Assembly: GCF_009914755.1 (NCBI RefSeq)
Contig: NC_060925.1
Source: the human T2T-CHM13v2.0 reference genome, Homo sapiens
Length of the DNA stretch: 64,000 nucleotides
Direction: 5' to 3' (one strand)
The stretch's first letter is position 1; each line of letters begins with the position of its first letter. The notes under the pieces were generated by a model. It worked only from the letters and a program-made list of their open reading frames with translations, made no database searches and was not told the origin of the DNA. Below, one piece after another: positions 13,531-25,890 of this stretch. The position numbers and the translations under genes are program-made.

Positions 13531-14075
13531 AGCTTTTCATGAGTTAAAAAAAACTCATGTCAGCCCCAGCCCTGGGGCTACCTGACCTGACAAAACTCTT
13601 TGAACTCTATGTGTCAGAGAAAAAATGGCAGTTGGAGTTTTAACCCAGACTATGGGGCCCTGGCCAAGGCCAGTGGCCTATCTCTCAAAACAACTAGACA
13701 GGGTTTCCAGAGTCCAGCCCCCAGATCTAAGGGCCTTAGCAGCAACAGCCCTGTTAGCACAAGAAGCAGATAAACTAACCCTTAGGCAAAACCTGAATAT
13801 AAAGGCCCCCTTGCTGTGGTAACTTTAATGACTACCAAAGGACATCATTGGTTAACAAATACTAGATTAACCAAGTATCAAAGCTTAAAATCCCCACATA
13901 ACCATTGAAGTTTGCAACACCCTAAATCCCACCACCTTGCTCCCGGTATCAGAGAGCCCAGTTGAACATAACTGTGTAGAAGCGTTAGACTCAGTTAGAC
14001 TCTAGCAGGACCAACCTCTGAGACCATCCTTAAACATCAGTAGACTGTGAGCGGTACGTGGACGGGAGCAGCTTC
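13531..14075 (+). pseudogene. pol: pol RT-connection/RNase H-start fragment (HERV-E-like)
   Basis: LMSAPALGLPDLTK...[24 protein letters not shown]...[16 protein letters not shown]...YVDGSSF; frameshifted. Confidence 0.85.
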
Positions 14076-14163
14076 GCCAACCCCTGCAAAGTGACTCTGA
14101 AGAAGATGACAAGCCCTGCTCCAGTCACACCCGGAAGCTGACTGGTCCACGCACGGCCGAAGC

Positions 14164-16220
14164 ATGAGAAAACTCATCACGGGACTCATTTTCCTTAAAA
14201 TTTGGACTTTTACAGTAAGGACTTCAACTGACCTTCCTCAGGCTGAGGGCTGTTCCCAGTGTATGCATCAAGTCACTGAGGTAGGACAAAAGGTTGCTAC
14301 GGTCCTATTATTTTATGGTTATTATAAGTGTACTGGAACTCTAAAAAGAACTTGTTGGTATAATGTTATTCTATACAAGGTATGTAGCCCAGGAAATGAC
14401 AAACCTGATGTGTGTTATGACCCATCTGAGTCTCCCATGACCACAGTTTTTAAAATAAGATTAAAGACTGAGGACTGGTGGGGGCTTATAAACAATACGA
14501 GCAACGTGTTAGCCAAAACAGAAGAAAAAGGGGTGCCCAAAGAAGTCACCTTAAAATTTGATGCCTGTGCTGTCTTTAATAGTAATGTTAGAAATAAGGT
14601 GTGGTTCTCTTAATTAGAAAAGAGGCTATATGGCAGAAAATAAGTACATCTGTCATAAATTAGGACTGTGTAGAAATAAATGTAAATACTGGTCTTGTGT
14701 CATTTAGGCCACTTGGATTTAAAAAAAATGAAAAGGACCCAGTCCACCTTCAGAAAGGAAAAAATGGCCCTTCCTGTACTAAAGGGCAATGTAACCCCTT
14801 AGAGCTAGTAATAACCAATCCCCTTGATACTCGCTGGAAAAAAGACGAGCATGTGACCTTAGGAATCGACGGGGCCGGACTGCATCCTTGAGTAAATATC
14901 TTGGTTCGAGGAGAAGTTTACAAACGCTCTCCTGAGCCAGTGTTTCAACCTTTCTATGATGAACTAAATGTGCCAGTACCAGAAATTCCAGGAAAAACAA
15001 GAAATTTGTTTTTGCAATTAGCCGAGCATGTAGCCCAGTCTCTCAATGTCACTTCATGTTATGTATGTGGAGGAACTGTAATAGGAGATCAATGGCCATA
15101 GGAAGCCCAAGAATTAGTACCTACAGACACAGTTCCTGATGAATTCCCGGCTCAAAAGAATCACCCTGATAATTTCTAGGTCCTAAAAGGCTCAATTATT
15201 GGACAATATTGCATAGCTAAAGAAGGAAAAGAATTCACTCACCCTGTCAGATGACTTAGTTGTCTGAGACAGAAACTGTATAATGGTACCACAAAAACAG
15301 TCACTTGGTGGAGTTCAAATCACACAGAAAGAAATCCATTTAGTAAATTCCCAAAGTTGCAAACCGTGTGGACCTACCCAGAGTCACACCAGGACTGGAC
15401 AGCCCCCACTGGATTATACTGGATATGTGGGCAAACAGCTTATGCCAGATTACCTGGCCAGTAGGCAGGTAGTTGTGTTATTAGCACTATTAAACCATCT
15501 TTCTTCCTACTGCCCACAAAAACAGGTGAACTCCTGGGCTTCCCTGTCTATGCTTCCCGCGAAAAGAGAAGCATAACTATAGGAAATTGAAAAAATGATA
15601 AATGGCCCCCTGAGAGAATCATACAATATTATAGGCCTGCTACTTAGGCACAAGACAGCTCGTGAGGATACCGGACCCCCATTTACATGATCAACCGAAT
15701 CATACGGTTACAAGCTGTCTTAAAAGTAATCACTAGTAAAACCAGCAGAGCCTTGACTATTCTGGCCTGGCAAGAAACTCAGATGAGAAATGCTATCTAT
15801 CAAAATAGATCAGCTCTCGACTACAGCTGAAGGAGAGGTCTGCAGGAAATTTAACCTTACTAATTGCTGCCTACACATAGATAATCAAGGGTAAGTAGTT
15901 GAAGACATAGTTAGAGATATGACAAAACTGGCACATATGCCCGTACAAGTGTGGCATAGATTTGATCCTGGGGCCATGTTTGGAAAATGGTTCCCAGCAC
16001 TAAGAGGATTTAAAACTCTTATAATAAGAGTTATAATAGTAATAGGAACCTGCTTACTGCTCCCTTGTTTGCTACCTGTACTTCTTCAAATGATAAAAAG
16101 CTTCATCACTACCTTAGTTCACCAAAATGCTTCAGCACAATGTACTATGTGAATCACTATCGATCTGTCTTGCAAGAAGACATGGGAAGTAAAAATGAAA
16201 GTGAGAACTCCCACTATTGA
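14164..16220 (+). pseudogene. env: HERV-E-type env, full span with many stops and frameshifts
   Basis: Signal-like MRKLITGLIFLKIW, CSQC motif, furin site REKR at 15558-15569, ISD-like [19 protein letters not shown], hydrophobic TM anchor, stop at 16218-16220. Confidence 0.92.
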
Positions 16221-16231
16221 GTGAGATTCTC

Positions 16232-16243
16232 AAAGGGGGGGAA
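16232..16243 (+). other. Polypurine tract
   Basis: AAAGGGGGGGAA immediately before the 3' LTR. Confidence 0.85.
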
Positions 16244-16705
16244 TAAGGGAGGAGACCACCGCTCATATTGTCTTATGCCCAATTTCTGCCTCCAAAGAAA
16301 GAAAAAGTAAAAACTAAAAGACAGAAATGAAATCCACAAGCAGGCAGCCCGGCGCCACACCCTGGGCCTGGTAGTTAAAAATCGACCCCTGACCTAATTG
16401 GTTATGTTATCTATAGATTACAGACATTGGATAGAAAAGCACTGTGAAAATCCCTATCCTGTTTTGTTCCGATGTAATTACCGGTGCATGCAGCCCCCAG
16501 ACACGTACCCCCCACTTGCTCAATCAATCATGCCCCTCTCATGTGCACCCCCTTAGAGTTGTGAGCCCTTAAAAGGGACAGAAATTGCTCACTCGGGGAG
16601 CTCGGCTCTTGAGACAGGAGTCTTGCCAATGCCCCCGGCCGAATAAACCCCTTCCTTCTTTAATTCAGAGTTTGAGGACTTTTGTCTGCGGCTCATCCTG
16701 CTACA
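16244..16705 (+). repeat. 3' LTR (LTR2)
   Basis: About 94% identical to the 5' LTR; AATAAA at ~16642. Confidence 0.95.
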
Positions 16706-16727
16706 GCATAAGCCGCCAAGCCCGACC
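16706..16727 (-). mobile_element. 5' stub of the Alu split by the provirus
   Basis: GCATAAGCCGCCAAGCCCGACC continues the antisense Alu end (GCGTGAGCCACCGCGCCCGGCC), followed by the Alu TSD. Confidence 0.9.
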
Positions 16728-17594
16728 ATAAAACATGTTTTAAATTAGAAGATGTTCTTTGCACTTTTGTTTTTCTGGAGGAATGTCATGGTACACAGAG
16801 TGAAGACCTAACTTAAGGAGGCCTTGGAGCCTGTCAAGCATACAATGATTCAGGTCTGTACCGGGCTGTGGCACTGCCTTCACTCCCCTCCACCCTGGGC
16901 AGAGGCAGAGGGCAGGAGAATCTGGTGAGCTGAGGCCACATGTCCACCTGGTGTGGCTGGTGTGGTCCACACAGCTGGAATGATAAAAGCACCGCACTCA
17001 TCCGTGCCAGGCCCGGTGCTACTCATGCTTCTCCTTCACTCTTCACCACATTCCCAGGACTGAAGCATTGGTTTATTCCCATTTTCCAAAAAAGGAAACT
17101 GAGGCTCATAGTGTTTAAGCCTCAAGCCTCAGGCCACCATGAATACTTCTCATCTGCAAAAGAGAACACCCAAATGTGCCCACCCACCCTACAGATTCTT
17201 GGAGGTCTGGCTCACTTATCTCCAAGAAAGCCCCCTCTGGACCATCCAGAAGCCACGAGATGGTAACAGTGCTTCCTCTGCAGGGGCTCTGATCGACCTT
17301 GGGTCTGCAAGGGGTAGCAGTCAGGGGTCACCTGAGCCTAGCTCAGTGGGTGTGCTCCTCACACTGCATGACCGCATGCTGTGGGTGGGCCTGTGCACAT
17401 GTGTGTTTGTGCACACAGAGGAAACGAGTGTAGGCGGGGATCAAGGTCATTTTTACAAACAGAAAAGCTGCAGCATCTCCATAACTCAGCTTGTGGGCTA
17501 GACACTCACCACAGAAAAAAGGAAGCCAGACCAAAACTGAACCACTGGACTACTGCAAGCCCGCCCCAGCAGGGAGCCAGTGCAGGACCCCTGT

Positions 17595-17670
17595 GAGAAA
17601 TGGGAACTCTGTACTATCTTTATAGCTTTTCTATAAATCTAAAACTCTTCAAAAATAAAGCATTTATTAA
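17595..17670 (+). mobile_element. Old L1M 3' end fragment
   Basis: GGGAACTCTGTACTATCTTT...CTTTTCTATAAATCTAAAACT...AAAATAAA. Confidence 0.6.
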
Positions 17671-18074
17671 CAACAATGACAACAAAAGCATTGACTAAGC
17701 TCTGTGAACTGAGAATTTTGTTCTTTACCAAATGGGGATTTCTAACACATCTTTTCAAGTGGTTTGGCAGCATCTTGGAGCTTCCCATTGCTAACAGCGT
17801 GCTAATGACAACTGCCCTTAAAGGAGGCCTCCTGCAGAGCGCCCGCTGCCCCCGTGACCCTCCTCCAGCTGTCTGTGAGATAAGAGTAGTGATAACATAG
17901 CTGCTCTTGGAGGAGCATTGTGTGACGGCCAAGGCCCAGAGGCCCCGAAGAGGAGGCACTGTTACCATCTCTATTTTACAGATGAGGAAACCCAGGCTCT
18001 AGAGGGTGAGAAAATGCCAGAGCTGGACCTACAGTTCTGCCTGATTCCAAAGTTCAAATCTTAACCACTGCTAA

Positions 18075-18515
<441 letters not shown>

Positions 18516-19421
18516 TAAAAATATGAAGGCTCTCTGTACCTCATCCCAAAGGGTGTGGTTTATTACCATCTCTCAGGATTTTACACACTCAGGAAACCCA
18601 CATACTTCGAGTTCTAGGAACCAAACCCATAGGCCAGAATATGGCTGCCCTCCAAAAAGTACTGTGTGCAGTCTTTGTTGTGAAGTGCCTTCTCAGGGTG
18701 GCCCCAAGGTTTTCCCAGACTCTTCCATATTGGTGAGGTTCTGTGTGTCTCCAGGGCTGTCAGAGCCCTCATGCCTCAGCCATCCCTGTAAGGGCAGGAG
18801 GACAGGCACAGACAGGTAGACACTGACTCCCTTTCTACCTAGGTCACATGGCACATGGCAGGGCAGACAGGACCACATCCAGACCAGGGCTGTGGTCACC
18901 AGGGAAGTCCATTAAACCACTGCATTATGTGACATTCTCTAGAAGGCACCTGGGCAGGGAGGCCAGGGCAACTTAGGTTTAGGGCCAGGTTAACTGCCAT
19001 GGCTTTTGGGGAGAGAAAGTGACCTAAAATATATAGATACAGGAATTTAATACAAATATGACAGCACACACTTGAATATGATTTGTAGGTTCTGACAACT
19101 CAGATGAACCTGGCTTTTCATGAAATCAGCGCTAACCAAAGCGGGCATGTATAGCAATGGGAGCCCTTTCCTTCATCCCAACCTAGATCATTCCCTAATC
19201 CCTTTTCTATCCCATCCCACTCAGAACTCAGCTCTCAAGAAGCTCAGTTTCATGATGACCTTGAATTTAATCTACCTTCCCTCGGTGCTTTAAGAGTATT
19301 TTTTCTACACTAGATTGATTTACAATGCCTTGTTTGTTTCTTTGTAAGCATTCTTGAGCCTTTCTCAGGCGTCTATGTCAAGGCTTTACCTAAACTAATT
19401 GTATTGGGCCACAGCTGTGCA

Positions 19422-19520
19422 CAGGGTAACCAAGAATTCTGGTCTCCCTGGGACCATCCCAGGTTTCAAGTCTGGGCAAACCTCTCAGCCCCAAGAAAAC
19501 CAAGAGGGTTGGTCAGCTTA
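19422..19520 (+). mobile_element. hAT MITE (MER81-like)
   Basis: TIRs CAGGGTAACCAA...TTGGTCAGCTTA; degenerate 8-bp TSD GCTGTGCA/GCTATGAA. Confidence 0.65.
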
Positions 19521-19584
19521 GCTATGAAGCTCCTCTTCAGAAGCCTTTCCAGCTGGTCATAGCTAGAGCAGTATTGTCAGTAAG

Positions 19585-19750
19585 TGGTGTAGACCCTCAC
19601 ATGTGGTCCTTGGAGAGCAACAAGGTGTCCCCTGGGAGCTTATTAGACATGCAGACTCTCAGGCCCCACCCGGCCCTGCTCATCAGAATCTGCTCTTCAG
19701 CACAGTCCCTGGGGGCTCCTATGCTTGTCACAGTGGAGAACAGCTGTGCT
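19585..19750. mobile_element. MER5A-like hAT-Charlie MITE
   Basis: CCTGGGAGCTTATTAGACATGCAGACTCTCAGGCCCCACC...CAGAATCTGC. Confidence 0.75.
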
Positions 19751-20037
19751 GGTGGGGAGACTTCCTGCTGAGAAACACAGTGTGGATGACATCTGCTTTT
19801 GAGGCACACTTCCAGGGGAGTCCCCCATTTGAACTTAGCCCAAAGCTTTTGGGAAGCCAGTAAAGCACTAGACTAGACCAATTTGAAACCATCCTAACTG
19901 GGGCAGAGATCAGTGATAGTCTCCAACAAGGCTCAGGAGGGCTGCAGGCATGTAGGGCACCCAGCAGAGCCCCCACACAGGCCTTTTCTCTCTGAGAATG
20001 CAAGGGAAAGAGAGGAATGGCCTCATATCTGCTCTAA

Positions 20038-20463
<426 letters not shown>

Positions 20464-20699
20464 TAATGACAAATGATTCACAGGTGTTGGCACCTTAACT
20501 ATTGTTAGCTAGAAGTTATTTTTGACACCTCATTTCTGATCTTAATACCCTGCAGTTCTCAACTTGGGTGTTTATCAGAAGCTCTATAGAGCTTGTTGTT
20601 GTTGTTTTAAAATGCCTGGGGCACACCTCATACTTCCTGATTCAGGGTCTGTGGTGAGGGTCCAGGTTTCTGTAATTTGGGGATGTCCCCGGGTGGTTC

Positions 20700-21450
20700 T
20701 GAGGGGCACCCAGGGACAAGGCCACCAGGAGAGGATCCTGCGCCGCGTTCAGCCCTGGCCTCTCGCTGCCATGCTGCCTGTAACCAGGTGGGGGCGCCCT
20801 CTCCCTCCTGGAGCTGAAGGGACAGCGCCGCCGCTCACCTACCTGGACCCGCACGCTCTTTTTTGCAGAGGGAGGGAGGTGTGGTTTATGAGTCTGGACT
20901 CCGGAGAACTCAAACCCTCGGGAGGCCTAGAGACTGCGCAGTGTCCGGATATAGAAATATTGACCCCGTTACTGAAACAGTAACAGCAGACTGCAGCTTT
21001 TCATGCACAGAGATGTTCCCGAAGGTGCCACGGGGCCTGTTGGCCCAGGCCTGGGAGTGCTTTCTCAGAGCCCTTCACTCTGCACTTCAGTTTCCGCCCC
21101 CCGCCCCCCGTCCCCCGCCCGCTATGACTTGACTTTGAGAAGAGCTCAGGTGAGGTGAAGGCTCAGTGCAGGACTGTGGGACTTTTTCTCATAAAGTGTC
21201 ATGAAAGCTCCTCCTAGGAGCCTTTGTGGACACAGCCTCCCCTACGGTGCCCTTGGGGCTTTAGAGGTGAGCTTCCAGGGGCCGGGCGACCCGCACTCCC
21301 TTCCCTCTAGACCAGATGGAACTGAAGGCGCTGCGGCTGAGGAGCTGCCTGTGGAGCACAGAGCGGGGCACAGCGACAGAGAGGGCAGGCAGGGGGCCTG
21401 GCTCCAGCCCCGGCTTCCTAGGAAGTTGTGACCCTACGGCCCTCTCGGGA
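20700..21450. promoter_or_regulatory. GC/CpG-enriched patch with clustered GC boxes; candidate promoter or enhancer
   Basis: CCGCCCCCCGCCCCCCGTCCCCCGCCC at ~21094-21120; many CpGs in non-repeat DNA. Confidence 0.4.
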
Positions 21451-22005
21451 CTCAGCTGTCCTTTCCATGTAGGATGGGTTGGTGCAGGTGATCTCCGCCT
21501 TGTGCTCTGGCTTCAGCAAGCCGTGATTCCCCGAGTGCTTTCATGTGGAGAAGGGTCCCTGTCCGCTAATGCCCCGGCAGAGAATACACGCAGGGCACAT
21601 GCGTGCAAACAGACTTAGGACCCAGGTTCTGAGGAGTACGTTCCGGAAAGCTCATCTGCCCTTCTTCCCTGCTGGAGGCACAGGCCACTCCCACCCCAGC
21701 AATGGTCCCAACACTGGGGACTCTCACCCATCAATGTCCTTGATGTGCCAGGCACTGTGCAAACTCTTTGCACATGAATCTCACTCCACCCTTCCCACAA
21801 CTCCATGAGGAAGTATCACTATCCCCATTTTGTTTTATCTTAGTTTTAGAAGACAATTTTTATGTCAGTTTAAGCTATCAAATGTACCAGGTCTGCTGAA
21901 ATGTATAATTTTTGCCTTTTTCCCTGTTGGACTAAAATAGGGCCAATTGTGTCACCATTTGGCTTATAAAGTATCAAGCATTTTTCCATTAAGAATGAAC
22001 AGATC

Positions 22006-22690
<685 letters not shown>

Positions 22691-23154
22691 AAGATGAACA
22701 GATCTCAAGGTGGGACCAAATTAAGATTGGATTTTAAATCATCACCAAGTATTTAACACCTCTTTATCACATAACTGATTACCCTTAGAGGAAACTGAAC
22801 TCTTCTAGAACATCAGTTACAGGCATGATTCAGTGTGACAGTGCATCGCAAAACAATGAATTCTAGGGTTTTTTGGTTGGGTTTGGTTGTTTGGCTGGTT
22901 GGTTTTTGTTTAGTTTTGTTTAGTTTTGTTTTGTGGGATTGGTTGTTTTGTCTGGTTTTGTTTGTCAAAAATTCTGGACATAAATGGCTCAAGATTTTGC
23001 TTAAAACTGCTGGAGCATCATCAATATATATTATTTCAAACTGCACCCTCACCTGCCCCACCCACCCTTCAGCCTCTGGGAATGGGAGTTGGGTGCTGGA
23101 TTTTGAGGTCTGTGAAAACTCTTGAACAGTGAGATCTGATGAGCTTCTAGACTA

Positions 23155-23625
23155 CAGAACACATGGAGGTGCTGGAGGGTGGGTGCCCAGAGAGGACGTG
23201 GAAGCCCTACCCCCTGCCCCACCCCTACCTCGCCCTATCCATCTCCCATCTAACTGTTCCTGAGTTGTGTCCTTTATAATAAGCTGGTAAATGTAGTGTT
23301 TCTCTGAGATCTGTGGGCCATTGAATCTGTGGGCCATTCTAGCAAATTATTGAGCCCAAGGGAGGGGGCCATTGGAACCGCTAACTTATAGCTGTTTGGT
23401 CAGAAATACCTGAGACCCAGACTTGCCATTGGCATCTGCAATGGGGGCAGTCTGGTGGGACTGAGCCCTGAAAGTGTGGGATCTGACAGGAGCTGCAGCT
23501 TGATAGTGTCAGAATTAAATTGTAGGACACCCAGTTGGTGTTGGAGAATTGGTCACTGGGGGAAATAACCCAGACCTCTGGTGTCAGAAATGTTGTGTGG
23601 GTGTAAAGAAACTGTTTTTCTCATC
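23155..23625 (+). mobile_element. MER21-like LTR fragment
   Basis: GAACACATGGAGGTGCTGGAGGGTGG...CCTTTATAATAA...TGGGACTGAGCCCT; contains a 16-bp tandem duplication ATCTGTGGGCCATT at ~23309-23339. Confidence 0.75.
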
Positions 23626-25157
23626 TACCCAAGACCTTGTTTTCTGGCTAACTCCTACTTGACCTTCAAAACCCAACTCACGGCTCACCTCCTGGGGATC
23701 CTTCCCTGATCCCCAAGGTGCGAGGTAGGTGGTGCTCTTACGTGTGTTCCCTGAGCACAAGCACATGTACTTACCTCTGTCAAAGCACGGAAGACACTAA
23801 ATGGCCATGATCAATTTTTTTTTTTCTCTCTGAGTCTTAGAGAGCAAGACTGTGTCTTAGACAACTTGGGATCCCAACACCTGGAACACAGCTTGGCACA
23901 TCACAAATGGGTAGTTTTGGTTTGTCAGTTCGATTACCTTGTATAGAGCCAGCGCTTGGAATAGCATGAGGTGTGGAAAGGAGCTGACGTGCTCACCTCA
24001 TCAGTAAGGCGGCACAGCATGCTGGCACTAGTATGGGCTTTGCAAACAGTCAGACTTGGGTCCAAATCTCTGCTTTACCATAACTCACTAGTTGTGTGCC
24101 TCTGGGCAAGTGTTTTAACCTCTCTGAACTTCAGTTGTCTGGACAAGCAACCAGGCGAGTGAATAATGTAACTTGCGATAAGGAGGAGGGAGGAGCAGGT
24201 CTGGGGAGGAGGATGTCATTCCTGCAGCCTTCTGACTGGAAACTCCTGTAGGCAATGGATAGATGATCTGGGAAGAAGACATTAGAGATCTGGGGTCACC
24301 AACAGGTAATGACAGTGGAAGCCACAGAGGTGAGTGAGGAGGAGGTGTCTGGAGGGGCAGGTGGAGGGGAGCCTGCAGGGTAGAGTGAGGTGAGCAGAGG
24401 GTCACAGGCGGACAGTCACCAGCGAAACAGAGTGTGCGGGGAGGGGGTCTCTATCTTCATGACTTTGCCAAGCTCCTATTCTGATGAATCTGAAACCAGC
24501 TAAATTCTGCAACATTCATTAAATGAGGAATCTAAAATAGCTCTCCAATAAATGATTTATGTAATTATTGGCTGCTGCTTTCATTAGGAGCTGTTGTTAA
24601 CAGTGTTAAAAGTGAGGGTTTTTTTTAGCCTAATTGAATGAGAAAGAAAATTAGAATAGAGGAGCAAATTAGAGGTGTCCTCTTCTCCCCGCAATCCTGT
24701 GCAAGTATAAACACTGCCCACTGTGATTGTCTTGGAAGGAAGAGATGGGGGGTGGTGAAAGGGACTGAAATAGGGCCCCTAGGGCATGAGGAAAGATAGG
24801 TACCAGACAGCAGCAGCTCAACCTGGCCCAGCTGGGTCCATTTCCCAGAAATGACCTTCCTTTCTTTCTGTGCCAAATGAAAGAGGTAGTGGCGGGGTAG
24901 GGGGGAGGGGGTTATAATTTGTACCCACGATGGGACAGGCCCAGAAAGGGAAGTCCAAAATTGGAGGAGAAGCCATTCCTCTGGCCACTTTTGCTCTCGC
25001 CACGAGTGCAGCAAGCAAGGCTCTCTGAGGCAGCCTCCTCGGAGGACAGCTGTGTCCAGGACCTGCAGCACCTGAGCCAGGGGGCTTTACCTGGCCCCTC
25101 AGGCCCTCAGTCCTTATCTACCTGTCCAGGGAACAGCTGCAGCTGCATAAAAATTCC

Positions 25158-25218
25158 TGGGTGTGCGCCACTGCACTCCAGCCTGGGTGACAGAGCGAGA
25201 CCCCATCTCAAAAAAAAA
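25158..25218 (+). mobile_element. Minimal Alu 3' fragment
   Basis: GCGCCACTGCACTCCAGCCTGGGTGACAGAGCGAGACCCCATCTC(A)n; TSD ATAAAAATTCC/ATAAAATTTCC. Confidence 0.85.
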
Positions 25219-25470
25219 ATAAAATTTCCCACAGTAAATGCGCTGCCTGGGACACATAGTCCCTGCTCACACAGCCTAAAGGTAAAGAGCTATGGAGAAC
25301 AGGAGCCTCCCACGACCTTCTCAGCAGGCCTCACAGGTCACAGCTTCCCACTGCTTCCAACACAGCTTCCTAACAGACGAAAAGCCATTCAACAGAAGGC
25401 CTCCAGAAACTAAGGGAAAAGACCTATGTTTGTAAATTTTGCCTAGAAGCACAACTACTAACTATACCTC

Positions 25471-25890
25471 TGTTATGGGTTGAATTTTGTCCCTCAGAAA
25501 AGATATGTTGGAATCCTAGCCCTCAGTACTTCTCAATATGACTTTTATTTGGAAATAGGGTCTTTGCAGATGTATTTAGTTAAGATGAGATCATATTGGA
25601 ATAGGATAGGCCCCTAATCCAATATGACTGGTGTCCTTATGAAAAGGAGAAATTTGGCTACAGACACACACACACACACACACAACCCCATGTAAAGATG
25701 AAGACAGATTGAGATGATTCGTCTCCAAGCCAAGGAACTCCAAAGATTTGCCTGCAAACCACCAAAAGCTAGGGGAGAGGACTGGAGCAGATTTCTCCCT
25801 CACAGCCCGCAGAGGGAACCCACGCTGCTGACACCTTGATCTTGGACTTCCAGCCTCTTGGACTGTGAAACGCTAAAGGTCTGTTATGTA
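25471..25890 (+). mobile_element. MaLR solo LTR (MLT1C-like)
   Basis: TGTTATGGGTTGAATT...TTATTTGGAAATAGGGTCTTTGCAGATG...GACACCTTGATCTTGGACTTCCAGCCTC. Confidence 0.8.

Larger units (their letters stand above)
9178..16705 (+). mobile_element. Harlequin/HERV-E-related provirus with LTR2 at both ends (defective mosaic)
   Basis: Paired LTRs, 4-bp TSD GCAT (9174-9177, 16706-16709), Glu-tRNA PBS, PPT, gag/pol/env remnants. Confidence 0.95.

Noticed and set aside
9178-16705. Replication-competent provirus or intact Env
   Set aside because: No CA, protease or RT core; env has many stops, frameshifts and a deletion in the ISD.
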